This document shows, piece after piece, positions 35,854 through 50,244 of a stretch of DNA of 64,000 bases. The notes under the pieces were generated by a model, which was not told the origin of the DNA, searched no databases, and saw only the letters and a program-made list of their open reading frames with translations. Position numbers and translations under genes: made by a program. How positions within the stretch are numbered: the first letter of the stretch is position 1; every line of letters begins with the position of its first letter. The DNA comes from Centroscyllium fabricii. Lineage: Eukaryota. The DNA is taken from NCBI GenBank assembly GCA_051313645.2, contig JBNRSN020000001.1, forward strand, positions 379,750,001 to 379,814,000, read 5' to 3'.

Positions 35854-36489
35854 ATTGAGTTGATACAAGCTCATCTTGATAATTTTCTAAACTGTGGTTA
35901 AAGCAAATTGTTTGGACAGAGTGAGCTTTGACCTGCCTCTAATCTGATATACCAGACCTGGCGGTGTCAAATGCTGAGACTAGGTCAAAAGTTTTTTTAA
36001 ATGTATTCCATTTACCAGCACCGACAGGTTTCATTTTGATGAGTACAAAATAACTTTGACCATTTGCATTGTAGTTAATATGACATCACCTGATTCATGT
36101 GCCAGCCATAGAGTTCAGAACACCTTTCAGGCACCATTTTAGCAGCATTGATAGTGTTGCAGGAACATGTTTCCTTTGGTAGTGGGGCGGGTGTCTAGAT
36201 AGATAACTTTTAAAAGTGTGGCAGGCAATTAAAAAAAGAATTGCCTATAACTGCCAGCATCTAATTGCATCACAATTTTATATTGTTCTGACCAAGTTCT
36301 GTTATAGAAATTAACTGTGAATGTAATGATTATGAATATCGCACATTACTGGTTTCTTTATAATCTTTTTCTCTTGCCAATTTTCTCAGCTCCCATCCTT
36401 CTTCTCTGACAGCATTGACTCCTTCCTGGGGTATTGTTCCATTCACCGCAGTCATCTCCCAGTACCTCAGTTGTTGTGCTTCATCTCCA

Positions 36490-37270
36490 AAGGAATAGAA
36501 TATAAAGGCAAGCAAGTGCTACTGCACTTAGACAGAACTAAATTTGGGAAATGATGTTCCGTTTAGGGTGCCCCACCTTAGGAAAGGTATACTAGTTTTA
36601 AAGGGAGTCCAATTGCAACTCACCAGAATCCCTGGGATGAAAGAACTTAGCTATGATAAGAGTTATATGCCTTGGAGATGAGGAAGTTAAAGGTGATATG
36701 ATTAGGTACATAAAATAATAAAGGTAATTGACAGGGGTCAGTTTCTCTAATTGGTGAATCTAGATCAATTAGGCATGGGGAGTAATATTTCTTTGGACAC
36801 CAGCGGAAAACAATGGAAACGGAAATTAGTAGGGTATTTAATGGGCGGTTGATCCACAACCATCAGTTTTCATTGCTCAAAATGAAAATTACCCTCATAA
36901 TCTTTGAATTAGACCTGAGCCAGTCAAATGTGAATCCAAGATTTTTTTTTTACATAAAGCGCTGCAAGAACACAAAGTATACTGCCCTGTTAAGCATTGA
37001 AGCAGAATCAATTGAAGTGTTCAAAAGGGAGATAGATACTGACTTTGGTACCTGCACGCCTGATAATGAACTTTACTGTATGCAATTTATTTATGTAATT
37101 TATTTCTTTTGTCTACACTACTCTCGGGAGAGTCGAGTCTTCGTCTCGTTGTATTGTACTAGTACTCTGCAATGACAATAAAACTTGAATTGAATTGAAT
37201 TGAATTGAATTGAATTGAATTGAATTGAATTGTTAGTAAAGGCATTAAGGGATAGGTTCCTGTTTTCCTA
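36490..37270 (+). mobile_element. Highly decayed CR1 3' fragments with a nested LINE tail
   Basis: Degenerate GIEYK...LL and FKREID motifs; a younger tail at ~37040-37231 ends in AATAAA plus a microsatellite. Confidence 0.55.
37185..37232. repeat. (TTGAA)n microsatellite, a LINE-type tail
   Basis: About 9 perfect pentamer units directly after CAATAAAAC. Confidence 0.9.
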
Positions 37271-38011
37271 TATTCATCTGTTAGCCTTGGCAATGGGTGT
37301 CAGCAGGCTAATCAACTAATCAGCATCATAGAGGTGTATTTTCCACCCAGAGGGGACTTTGGGCAGCTGACCAGTGAAACGCACCAACCGGCCATCTAAT
37401 AATCCCTGTAGGAGGCCTTTTTGAGCACCAGGCATATTAACATCGAGCTAGCAGACTGCCACTGGAAATTGATCGACCTGGGGGCAGCCCCCCAGCTCCG
37501 AGTCACTGCAATATCAGGCGGCCCACTTGGCTTCCTGGCCCAAAGAAGGTAGGTTCCTTAAGGGGTTAGCTGGAATGGCAGTGGCCCAGGCAGGTTTTGT
37601 GGAACCTGAAGGGGTACTTTTGCTGCTCCCGGCTCCACAAAAATGAAATCTAACTTACCTTTCAGATCCTTGTCAGCTGATACTGGCTGGAACGATTGGC
37701 TGAAATCAAGAAAATTTGTAGTCTCTGACTTTAATTTCTTTCTTGGGCCTCAAAACTGTAACTCTTTACTTCCATCAGTCTTTACTTCCTCCTACAATCT
37801 TCTGGCTTTTCAAGCAAAGCTTGGTGTTGCCGAATCACTACTTCCTGATTCACCTCATTGCATTTATTCTTTTCAAGTTTGGTGGTGTCTATGCCATATA
37901 CCATGGCTTTCACCTTGGGTTAAAATACATGAATTTCATGGAGAGGCTTAGGACTAGGGAAAGCTAACTGATAAAGCACCTATTGTTTTCTCAGGATCTG
38001 AATAGACACAC

Positions 38012-38150
38012 AAGAGTTGAAAATTAACTTTGGCAGTGGCGCAAAACAGATGGTAGTAGATCGACCACCATCAATTAGACAGGGTGTGTAACTGACCAGC
38101 AGTCTGCTGCTGCCCATTTTGCACCACTGCCAAAGTTGAATTTCACTCCC
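38012..38150. mobile_element. Short hairpin MITE
   Basis: ~33-bp imperfect inverted ends (AACTTTGGCAGTGGCGCAAAA and TTTTGCACCACTGCCAAAGTT). Confidence 0.7.
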
Positions 38151-41100
38151 ATAGATTTAGGGTTCATAGACAACATTAATTTTTTTTGTATTTCTTAATT
38201 TGTAAAACAGAATTAAATGTGTTTTGATTCTTATGTCAATTCTGCTGCAGAACCATTAAAATGTTCCGCACTGGTAATACGTTAACATGCTAAGTTTTCA
38301 TTTCTGCAGCCTGGATTCACACCACCCTAGACTAAAAGGATAAAAATCTTCTTTCCTTATCATCACTAAGGGTTCTTTCAGAATGCATTTGGCCAGTCTC
38401 AACACAGTTCCTAGCGAATAAAGATCAACAGCATGAAACTGCTAAGCATTATACAGAAATTGGTAACTGATTGCTCGTCTCATTCAGAGAGGCCATAAAA
38501 TGGGTGGTAGGGGATTGAAACATTAGCAATAATGCAGTTTGGGGGAGGAGGTACAGTGTGGCCCTTTCAAAGTTGGGTGAAACAGCAGTGGGGTAGAGGT
38601 AAAGGGAGCTTTATAAGATATTTGGCCTTTGCTGTGTCTTATGCTGATAGTGGCTGACAAAATTTAAACTTCCAGACTGGATATCTATCATCTTCATAAC
38701 TTAAAAATTCACCAAAAGAAAAATATAAACTTGAGAAAAGACTCCATGCTTGAATAAAATCAATTTGCATCTTTTTTTACAACAAAGGTTTAACATCAAT
38801 ATGGTTATTCTTTGTTATGAATATATAGTTATATATTCTTATGAATATAATATATTCTTAATATATGGGTAATACATAGTAGGAATCCAACTGTATTTAC
38901 AAGTTGGTTTTAAGAAATGTATAACCCATTAACATAGGTAATTTTGAGAATGTATACAATATACATGAGCACCATATACTGTGTACCACAATATTTCCCT
39001 TTAGGAGTATAATTTTCATTTTAGCTTGCTTTCATTTCCACATTTGAGTGAAGTCTAAGGCACTCGCAGAAATATTCTGAATATGGTACATAAATTATAC
39101 TTACAATTGCGTAAGAGTTCAGTAATTGTGTATGATTTCCGTCACTATTGTAATTTCAATTATAGTCTCTATTTCAATAGTCAACAAATATGAAACAGAG
39201 GTAGAGTACAGAAAGACACCGCTCTCAGGAATGATTGGCTTGTCAGACAGGTATAGATGATAAAACGAAAGGTCAGAGCTAACCTAACCCCAGCAATTGA
39301 GTTAAACAGAGAAACCATGTGCATTTCTTGTTTCTAAAGAAACTAAATATGGGTAAAGAAAAATAAGTCGGGCTAGGGCCAGGTAAGACTTTGGGGCCTA
39401 TAGGACTTCTATTTTTATGAACGCTTTCCCCCAGCTGGAACCTTGCCCACCAAGGCCGCATATTGAAACTGCACACCCATGCTTTCTGCATATGCGCTAC
39501 CAGCGGGCAAGGCTCCCTACTGAGAATACACATCATAGCCTCATACACAGTGAGCTGAGAGTAAAAATGTGAGCCTTGGAATTACCTAGTGTGGATAGTA
39601 ACAGAATTGCTTCCCCTATTTGTATGAAATGCCTTTGTTTGCTACGAACAACGGCATCAATACAGTTAAAATAGATTAATTAATACCTCTATAAATTCCC
39701 ATTGTTGTTTTGAAACAGCCATCAAAGGAATATCATACAAAGCATTTGGCATTCAAATGTTATTTGCACGGCATAATTTCAAGACCATTGAAGTACATGT
39801 AAGGGTAGATTTCCCAGTCCTCACTCAGGCAGCCGACACTTACCCCATTCGCGTTGGCTGTGGGCAAATCCACCCTTCAATGTCCAGCTGTGGATCCTAA
39901 AGCTTTGATCACAGTGCAGAAAAGTGGCATATAAATGGTACACTTTATAACTTAAATAAATGTTCCAATGTTTAAACATCCTGAAATACAGTAAGTTTAT
40001 TGTCGTCACACTTTTCAAACCTTTACCAAATGCCATAGACAATCTCCCAGGGACAAATGGACGCTCATATTGTAGTTGCACGTTATTGCTTTACTAAAAG
40101 AGAAAGAGAGAGAAACAGTTCATTTTGGAAGCAAGGTTTATTATGTGTTCATTTGTTTCTTGAAGACAAATTGGTTTTCATTCAAATAACCAGTAGGTGG
40201 ACAGACCTAGCAACATAATCTGTCTGAAAAGTGAAGCAGCATCACATTTAAACTGAATAAAATACAACAAAATCACAAGGTACTCAACTTTTTTTTTCTT
40301 AAAATGAGACCACAACTGGACAATAAACAAGTTCTACCCATCACCTTTACAATGTGTCTAGTGAACAGAAATCAGATAGTGGACTATCTAGCGTCAAGCA
40401 TTTTCAACCCACTCACAGAGGTATGGAATCAGAGATAAATACCCCGCTACTGGCTCACCATATTTACAATCCCATTAAATTAACATTAAATAAATATATA
40501 CAAACATGGACAATGACAACCCCGCCCTCCCCCTCCAAGCTGATTCCCAATGGAGATCCAGCAGAACTGATGTTCCAAGTTATATAATTGTTTGGAAAAT
40601 TTTTATTAAAAATTCAGTTTACCCAGATACTGGAGTCAAACACATGTGTGTCGCATGTGACAAGGATGGGAACGGTCCAAGCTATGTAACCTGCTGGTAT
40701 GTATTTTGGGCACATGGTGATAATATGAGTTCTGACCACATTTTTGACAACGTGGGGTCCCTTTTGAGACGAATAAGCAGTTTATGAAGAAATGTGCGTT
40801 ATTTGCCGGAATCCAGTGTCACATTATTACATGGCAATGGAGTAGAGATTCCCTGACAGGATTGTTGATGGGTTTTTAATTCTGGTTGAAAGGAGAATGC
40901 GAACTGTTTCAGACTGTTGGTGTGAGTTTCAAATTTGCCATGTTCACTGGACACAGAAAAACACTGGGCGCAGCGTTGCGTCTCGGCAGGTTAAATAATG
41001 CCACCTACAGAAAGATACTCAATTAACAGGGACTCACAGGTATGGCAAATAGGGATGATTAGACTGGTTTTAGATATTGAATGCTTCTGTTTTGTAACGT

Positions 41101-41625
41101 TTCTGCTTGATTTACGATAATATTACTCATCAAATGTTTGCTCACTTCATCTCAGCTGATTTGGAGGATTATTGAAATTAGAATACGAAGTGTTTCATCT
41201 TGTCAGTGGGTTATTGATTGGTTTGTAGGATTTTGTGACTGATGATGAGACCGTTATAAAATCGGCTGGGGTAGCACACTCCTTCCTGCAGCACTAACTC
41301 AATCATTAGATGAAAATCGTGCTCTTCAATCCATACCTAAGGTTTTAGATGTTCACACTAGCCAGTGATAATTGTAAAGGTTTGTGTTAATCATTAGGTT
41401 TAGCAAAGTCAGAGAGGGGTGCGCCAAACACCACTGTAAATACACGAGTTCTGTCGTGTTAAATTTATTGTGGGGTTTCCCGCCAAATAAAGGGTTTTCA
41501 GACCGTGTTACACCATCATTGTGACACTAGTATTAATCCAGTTCTTGACCAATTGTAATCATTCTTTATCATCAGGTCCCAACTACTTTTGATTGGAAAT
41601 TGAACTATGTATTTTGTAAACTTTT

Positions 41626-42112
41626 ATAGAAACATAGAAACATAGAAGATAGGAGCAGGAGTAGGCCATTCGGCCCCTCGAGCCTGCTCCGCCATTCAAT
41701 GCGATCATGGCTAATCATCCAAATTCAGTAACCTGTCCCTGCTTTCTCCCCATATCCCTTGATCCCTTTAACATTAAGAAATATATCTAACTCCTTCTTG
41801 AATATATTTAGTGAATTGGCCTCAACTGCCTTCTGTGGTGGAAAATTCCACAGGTTCACCATTCTCTGAGTGAAGATATTCTTCCTCCTCTCTATCCTAA
41901 ATGGCTTACCACTTATCCTTAGACTGTGACCCCTGGGTCTGGACTCCAGGGCCATCGGGAACATCCTTCCTGCATCTAGTCTGTCTAGACCTTTTAGAAT
42001 TGTATAAGTTTCAATGAGATCCCTTCTCATTCTTCTAAACTCCAGCAAATATAAGCCTAATCGACCCAATCTCTCCTCATAGGTCATTCCTGCCATCCCA
42101 AGTATCAGTCTG
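41626..42112 (-). mobile_element. CR1 LINE 3' fragment
   Basis: ORF 41725-42147 (YEERLGRLGLY...RPRGHSLR...FTQR) and a (CATAGAAA)n tail. Confidence 0.9.
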
Positions 42113-42282
42113 ATTTTTAAAACAAATGAAATGTTCGACATACTCATAGCTATCTGATTGCAATGTTGTCCTCGCCTCTAAATGTAGAACCTATAGTTTA
42201 CAGCATGCAATTGTGCCATTCGGCCCATCGTGTCTGTGCGGGCTTTTTGGTAAAGCAATTAAAACCTGATCCTCTGTACCTT

Positions 42283-42554
42283 AAAGAAAGTCTTGCATTT
42301 ATGTAGTGCTTTTCACGACTACTGGACTTCCCAAAGGGCTTTACAGCGAATAAAGTACTTTTGAAGTGTAGTCACTGTTGGAACAGGGCAGCCAATTTGC
42401 GCACAGCAAACTCCCACAAATAGCAATGTGATAATGACCAGATAATCTGTTTTTTGTGATGTTAACTGAGGGATAAATATTGCCCAGGACACCGGGGATA
42501 ACTGCCCAGCTCTTCTTCGAAATAGTGCCTGGGGATCTTTTATGTCCACCTGAG
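42283..42554 (-). mobile_element. Deu-domain SINE fragment (SacSINE1/AmnSINE-like) with L2-type tail
   Basis: GAGGGATAAATATTGCCCAGGACACCGGGGA...CTCTTCTTCGAAATAGTGCC...GTCCACCTGAG matches the Deu core as remembered. Confidence 0.7.
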
Positions 42555-42576
42555 AAACGAAGTTAACGTTAACGTC

Positions 42577-42613
42577 AGTTCTGACGAAGGGTCATCGACC
42601 TGAAACGTTAACT
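42577..42613 (+). ncRNA. Minimal type I hammerhead ribozyme in a Penelope-type repeat
   Basis: Stem I AGTT/AACT, core CTGACGA, stem II GGTC/GACC, GAAA, palindromic stem III AACGTT, and cleavage triplet GTT. Confidence 0.7.
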
Positions 42614-45600
42614 CTGTTTCTCTCTCCGCGGATGCTGCCCTGGCTTGCTGAGTTTCTCCAGCGTTTTCTGTTGTTATTTCCGATACAGAAACTGTTCCTT
42701 GTGCAGAAGTTCCTCACCTTTTCAGATCCTGGGGGGCGGAGGCGCCCTGAAAACTTGGGTTTCCTCTGCTTATTCAGCAGTGTTGCAGGTTACATTTAGT
42801 TAGCTCACTCCCAGTGGAGTTTTGACAGAATAGATGCGGTTCAAATGTAAAGTTGTGCTAGAATTTCCGTATTTTGTAATAATTGTGCCTGGTTTGCAAT
42901 ACTTGTGCCTGGTTAAGTATTGCATTTGAATATCTAAAGTACCAACTTTGCATCTAGTTCAGAGCTAAACAGTAAGCGATTACCATCAAAAGGGACGAGC
43001 CTCCGATCAGGGATTATATGAAAATCCCCAGTGCACAAGCATGGGTTCATTGTTTTAACCTGGGGTAAACTTTAATAAAACCTTTTATCCTCATGAAACT
43101 GATCGACATTTACCGACAGAGGCTGCATTTCTGCCTTTAGTCAGTGAAAATAAAACAGGCGGCAGACATATCTTTCATAAATTAATCCTGTCCAATGATT
43201 TCATTTTAATTACCCGAGAATTCAAAAAAAAATCCATAGAATGCATCGACTCTTTCCCACAGACTGCTTTCCCTTGCAGAATCCCCGGGACCTTGATCTT
43301 ATTTATATTCAGCGATAGCTTTAACTGGGAATATCAATTTCTTTTGTTAAAAACAAGTTCAAAATAAACAAGACCGGCGTGTATTTATCAGGACAGTATT
43401 GCCGATAATTGCTTCTTTCTAAGTGCCTTGAGTAACAAAGCAGGCAGATATTCCTCTCACACCTGTGTTCTCCCAGCATTCCAACTTTCCTGCTAATGTG
43501 TCTAATGGGTTCAGTCAGTTCTGGTGTTGGGTTTGTTTTGTGTCCCCACAGGGAGATACACTCCATCCGCCACATACCACCTGTGGACTCACGGAGCAGC
43601 ACAGGTTCGGCTTGTGGTAACGCTTCCATTGAACTGCATGGCCTGGGGCAAAGAAGTAGAAATCAAGGAAAACATGTGAAAAGGAAGCTCTTATTCAAAA
43701 GAGCATTGAATTCTGTATAATTTCTTGGTGGTTTATCTTAAAAAAGATTCATTTAGTAAGGTAATATAGCTGTATGCGGAAGTAATAAGGAAATATTGCC
43801 GTATGGGCAACCACTTGGGTACAAGACTAAAGAAAATGGCTGTATATTGTAGTAAGTAGAAACTCATGGTGTGCGTATTGATTATATGCTGACAATATGA
43901 AGGTTAGAGGTGTTTGTAATAGTTATATCGACCATATGGCTGTCCGACAGACTAATATGGCCTAAATTGTTGAATGTTACAATAATGCATTCAGTTTCTA
44001 AATGGATAATTGCTGTAATTCGCTACGAAGAGAAAAAAAAACCTGCCCAGGTGCAGACAGCTGGAATATTATCATTCTCAGTACTACAAACTGGGATTAA
44101 AGAGAAGCAATCCGGCTCCCTCGGCTACTTTACTAACTCTTCATGTGTGGAATTTGAAGTGTGTGCCCCACCCTCCCGCCCCTTGGAACGTTGTTTTCAT
44201 TTCTTTCAAAGTCTTATGCAGACGAGATATTTGAGTTCAGTGCGATTTCATTGGCTGAAACAAAAATAGATGAGGAGCAATTCGAAATGTTTATACATTC
44301 ATAACTGATAGATATCTTCCAGCTATGAGGACAAGAGTTTGCTGTCCCTTCCGGGAAATACAGAACAGAAACACAATATAAGAAACAGGAATTTTGTTAT
44401 TTTTAGGAGAACGCCACTCCTTCAGTGTGAGAGCCCCAGGGCTTCCAGAGAATCCAGCTCCCAGAATTTGCATGTTATTCTAAATGCATAGTTTACAGGC
44501 CCGTGTCTACTAGCCTGCAAGAATCAATCCTCTCTTTTAAACATGGCCCTCATCTTTTTTCAATGTGAATGCTGTCAATTTTAGTGAAGTAGTATGACAG
44601 AGTGTTACATATGTATGACTGCAAATGGCTGACTAATGGTGATGAATGTAATCTTAAATATCTGTATATATAAACAGAAAGATAACCGTGTCATATGTCT
44701 GTGCAATATATTCTAAGGGGAGGCACAATTCTAAAACCAGATTCTTTTCGGACTAGCAAATATTTTAGTAACTGTGATGTTTCTTCTTAACTAATCATAT
44801 CAGGCCGCTCTGGTAGTGTAATAGTCCATAGGCTTTCTTCGTGACCTCGGGCCTGATGTTCAGTCTGTAGCCTTGCTTGCTGTTGAAATCTCGCATCTAC
44901 AATTAAACGCCATCAGTTCTCAACTGGGTCACTAGGTGGACGCCTTGCGTTAGTACAGTGCCTCATTGTGTTTACCGGCGAATATATGGCTAAACTCATA
45001 ATAAGCAAACTGCCCCATCAGCTGAGGTCAACAATCCTTTGGGTGGAGATGTTGCTCACTCGCCCTCTGAGCTGAGGGAGGTTGCACGATGGTAAGAGTC
45101 CTTGAAGGGATAGAGGAAAGGCCTTTAAAAAGGCACCGAAAGCAACATCGAACAAAATGGTAATGGCTTCTCAAGAGGAGCAACCTGTCTTACTGAGTAT
45201 TTAAGCAGATGCTTCCAAATGCAGAACAATTATCGAGAGGAAGACCAGTCAAATTTAGTGATATGTTGGAATGTACCAAAAATGAAAGAGAGTACGCCAT
45301 AGGGGGGGAACACTGCCCATTTCTATTACGCGATGCTCCCTTCTCATTAATCTCTGTTGGATTTCAGTCTGTCTCTTTGAAGTGAACTCGCTCTCTTGTC
45401 TGTACTCATTCTGCTTTTCGCAGTTATTTTTGCAGTGCTGATGTTCACCTTGAACTTGATCTGACAACTGCAATCGAGGGTGAATAATTATCTAGTTAGA
45501 GCTCCGTTTAGATTCATGTCGAGTGGAAGGTTATGGTCAGTCATACCGCAGACTGTAGGGTTATGCTTGGAGTTAAAATGAGCAGGTAAATGTCATTATT

Positions 45601-46091
45601 GTCACCATATGTCAAAATCTGTGTGCAAACAATTAGACATTGGGTAGTATCTCTTTTAAGCTCTATATTAAAGCTAATGCATCCAAATGGGGAAAACACT
45701 ATTAAGTTTTTATGTTACCTGATAGTCATTTTCTTTTTTTTGCTGGAATGTTTCCATCCTCATAACATGGAGAACTGTGCACAGAAATCAGATCTGAAAT
45801 GAACGTGGGACCAAAGGGTTTTGATAATAATATAAAAAAAATCAATTTGCAGTCACACAAGTGGATCTTGGAATCACCTCCCATTCTGACATAAAATGGA
45901 AGTCAAAATGTTTGCAAAATTGGAAAAATACCAAGAAAAAAGCTCTTGATGCCTTGCATCCAGGTCCATATTGGTTGCAAACAGTTGACCCAGTGTTGCT
46001 CCGTTATGTGTGCGTTGTTGTCCTTTCCAAGTCAATAGAAGATTTTTTTTATATAAAGCTACAGAAAATAAAAAGTTTGGAGGAATGTTTC

Positions 46092-46389
46092 TCATTTCCT
46101 GTTCTTTTCCTCCTTGTCTCCAGCTTTGGTGCCTGCCTCCCCTCCAGATGTGTGTCTATTTGGGTTGTTGTTTAAGAACATCTTGTCCAGTCCCTTTAAT
46201 GCTTCCGTCAGGTAGTTCTGGACAGCTGTGAGAGCAGCACAAATGGCAGGAGAGCCAAAACCATGCGTAATGAGGCTAAAGTGAGTCAAACAGCTCTGGA
46301 TGCCTGGGTCTAGGATGGGGTTGGGCCTGGTGTTCCCCAAAGGAGTCCTATCCTGTGCCAGCAGATCTGTGAATTCTTTGCAAAGTTGC
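46092..46389 (-). CDS. TFAP2B: Transcription factor AP-2 beta, last coding exon
   Basis: (K)[16 protein letters not shown]...[10 protein letters not shown]...[15 protein letters not shown]...DKEEKNRK*. The C-terminal NRHTSG/DKEEK tail is beta-type. AG acceptor at 46391-46390. Confidence 0.95.
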
Positions 46390-49300
46390 CTGGGGGTTAA
46401 GAAAATAAGACAAAGAATGCTGCCGTCAGATAACACAAATCAGATGTATGCAATGGCACATTATCCGGTTGCTATGGAAATTGGTTTAACCCCCTCAACC
46501 CTCACATCGTGATTACCGAAATGCTGCCTGTACGGCATTGAGTTCCAATTTATACGAATTTCTATTTAACATTTCCTTTTGCTCATAATAGAACTACGAT
46601 AGTCAAATAATTCAGGATGTTTTTAATGGAATCTCATATGTTCTCAATTCCCACAATGACCCACGGATGTGAGTCTTTCTTTAATTTACTAAAGAATGAA
46701 TGTAGCAGTGCAAACCTAAATATAGATTAATCTCATTGTGAAAGAATTCGGATAAAACCAGTACAAGTTCATACCGGTGGAAGAGTTACGGTTAGGTTAC
46801 ACATTTACTGGGGCCATTTTTCAACCAATAACACATGTGAGTGTTACCAGCATATTTTGGTCCTTGAAAAAAATCTCGTCCACCTCGGAGATGTGCTAAA
46901 TCAGAAATCATTAAACATGAATATCACCAGGAAGACATGGAAAACAAATTCAAACAGAATATTTTGCAATAGAACTGCAGAGGGAATGCAATCCCCAGGG
47001 AAGTTAATAGTTAAAGGGTTAAATCGGAGAGACCTGCCATTGCATGTGTGGATCACATCTAAAAACTGAACAGTCGGAAGAGTTTTTCATTTCCAGGCCA
47101 TTCGTTGCAAGGAGAGACAGGTCCTGCATGTTCTAAACTTTGTTCGTTTTTAGTTTCTGTTAGTTTTTTTTAATAAGGATTTAGTTTTTGAAAGAGGATT
47201 ATATATAATGAGGGATTGATGACACAGTGGATCAGCAAGCGGGTGTTTTACTTCCAGCATCTCGGGTTGAATCCAGCCAGACCGAAGGATGGAAGTTTGC
47301 TCTGTTGACTGTCAGAATTTCATTTTGTAAAGTGAAAGATGGGGTTGGGCTGAGACGCAGGAGGTGAGCTTCAGTCGTGATTCTACCGCTCATCTGGGGC
47401 AACGTCCACAAAAGAGCCAGGAAACCCCGGAAAACTGTCTGGGGTCTGCGGGTCTCTTCTGCAAAATGACAGCGGACGAGTGGAGATACTTCCCCACCCA
47501 CCTCCTTCCCACCCCGCGGAAATTCATCCCGAATTGGGGCAAACGAAGATTCACTCTGCTTGTAAGGGGGAATTTGCAATTGAACTTCAGTTTGTCTCTG
47601 AAGTCGTTTCTGCTTGACGGTGATGCTAAAGATTAGAGTATAAGTCTGAGCTAACAGGGAGAAAATTGGTAAAGCTCCCTGGAAGAGGTCATTTACAACA
47701 CTTGTAGTTAACACTGCACGCAGTGTGACTCGAGCGCGTGTTAAACCTGATTTTAAAACTGCTCAAGGGACCCATGGGCCTCTTGGATATTTTTCCCAAC
47801 CCACCTGGGGTGGATGTAAATGTCCAGAGAGTGCAGGAGCTCCTGCTCGTACTCTTCAAATATTTAAAGTCCACATATGCGCACTGCTATCTCACTCTCC
47901 TGGGTAGGACCATTGCCATTCCAGACAGAGAGCGCAAACTGGCTGGAGCCTATACCACAGCCATCCGTATCAGACTGGTAGCTACTGTATAATTGCAACA
48001 TAATGGTGCTGCACCTGACCTGGAAATAATTAATATTTATACTGAGTGTTGAAATGGAAATGTGTCCCATTTCCCAGCATTGGCCTCCATCACCTTGATG
48101 GACGCAAGATCTCCCCAAAACGCATTTTAAAGAAAATATTTGAATTGTAAGGTTTAACAATTAACAAAAATAAAATCTCAGCTCATCGAGAAGTAGGTAA
48201 TACTCTGTAAAGTGTCCATCGCCTAGCATCCTGTTGTTGGATTAACAATTTACCGAGTATTGTTGTTTTCGGAATGACGGACATGATGCCTATATCTATA
48301 TTTAGAACATTTCTTCTGCTTCTGAATGCGTACCCATGCCAATGTCATTGACATACAGTGTAGAGTGCAACACTGTATTCCTCTAAAGATCAAGTTTTCT
48401 TTGTTAAATATTAAGCTAATCTTATCAACGATCACAGAGAATATAGAGCTGGGAGTGATTACAGGACGGTAATTTCATCAAGGGGTTCAAATAGTATCAA
48501 CTATGAGAAGGAAGTCCAAATGGTTTAGTAGCATTATGCCAAGCCTGAAATTAGAATACAGCCGTGTAATCATTTCCACTGTATATATTTTTAATATTAC
48601 TATGTATGTATATACATCAAGTTCATAAGGACATTTCGGATCCACGTAATTTCCCTACGCCAGATGCCATTGTGAACATGGATGTTCAAAGCACTCTACG
48701 TCCTGGATGCTCGATATATCCATGCTGAAGGATTGTGATTTAATGAATGATCATCAACATTTGATTTCTGGGAAATAATACAATCAGTGTATTATATTTA
48801 TTGTAATGACTTATTCGATTCAAAAAAATCAGTAATATGTATGTAAATACTGTTCAATAACCATGGAATATCTATACTAAAAGATGCGTTTGATAGAAAA
48901 TCAGATTATATTAATAGGCAGGAAGAGATTAAAGAACTTGGAGCCAAAATATCTGTGATCATTATTATCAATATCGTTAATAATTGGAATTGTTGTGTAG
49001 TTGGCCCTAATCTTTTGTAAATGGAGCCAAACAAATCATGGCGTTATATTTGATCTTCAATCAATTAAGGTTCAAAGTGTGGCCTGGTACATCTTACTTT
49101 GAACTTACTGCCATCCCCAACTAAAGGAACAGAGGCGCACTCCTCACAAAGAGCAGCTTTCGGCTGACCCAAGTACACGTGAGCAGAATTACAGAGACAA
49201 TCAGATCCGAACAATCGTGGCCACCTTTGCATTCAGGAAATCTGATGTCAACAAATATTCAATGAAGTATATTTTAAAAAATGCAATTTTTGCTTTTCTT

Positions 49301-50244
49301 GTACGTCCTCAATCTCTGCTGACCCTGTTTTTTTCTGCCTATCTCTTTTTCCGCGTGTGTGGTACCGCACATGTATCAGAGAGACGCATAGGAAATTGCT
49401 ATGGGAACATTCTAAACGCCTGCGTTCATCGCCCTTGTAATTTTTTTTACTATGTAAAGTAGGAAACGTCCACCATGAAGGATTAATGGCAGGGAAGCCA
49501 AGCGCTTCTAGTCTTCAAAGAAAAAGAATCGCCTGCAAGCAATTAAACTTCTGAGATTGTGATATCTTCTGACCCGGCGGAAAGAAACAATTACATTCAA
49601 ATCACGTCTAGCGAACATCTGGACAAATTTGAGCAAATGATTTTTCAGCCTTTTCTTAAAAAATCTTTGGTGGGAACTGGGGGGATTTTCTTCTCAATAA
49701 TGTTAAAGGCAGACCACGGTCGTATATTTTAAGACGCTATTTTGTCTTTGACAGATCTGATCGAAACTGCTTGAGCTCATTATAAGTTTGGAGGCATTCT
49801 TATTTAAATGTTTTCTGAAAACTAACTTCTTAACTCCAGAATTCCGCTTAAATTAAAACGTAGTTTGACTCGTTAACTATAACTATCGGTTTTCACTCGC
49901 TTTATTTTGAATAAAGGAGACCAATTTTATGAAGGTTTCGTGGACTCATATTGAGTGAAATTATTTAAACGACAGGAAATCAGCAGCCAGTTTATGTAAT
50001 GCACTCATTTGTCTGTGTCTACTGTAACTACATGTTCATGCATTGTTTGAAAGGACCTAAATCACAGCGAGTGAAGCCTTAAATCAGACAAAGTCTGCTT
50101 TGTGCAGATGCGGTACAAGACGTGTCACCTAATTTCAAATATTGCATTCTATTCATGGTATCATTGCTCAGCAGCTACAAGATTAACTGCTCGTGATTGT
50201 TCCTGCAGGCCTCAAAAACAGGTAGGAGTATGTGAATGACTCAC

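Noticed and set aside
47232-47714. 160-aa minus-strand ORF in the last TFAP2B intron as an alternative exon
   Set aside because: No AP-2 similarity; it overlaps SINE/MITE-like remnants, and the flanking exons already join in phase.
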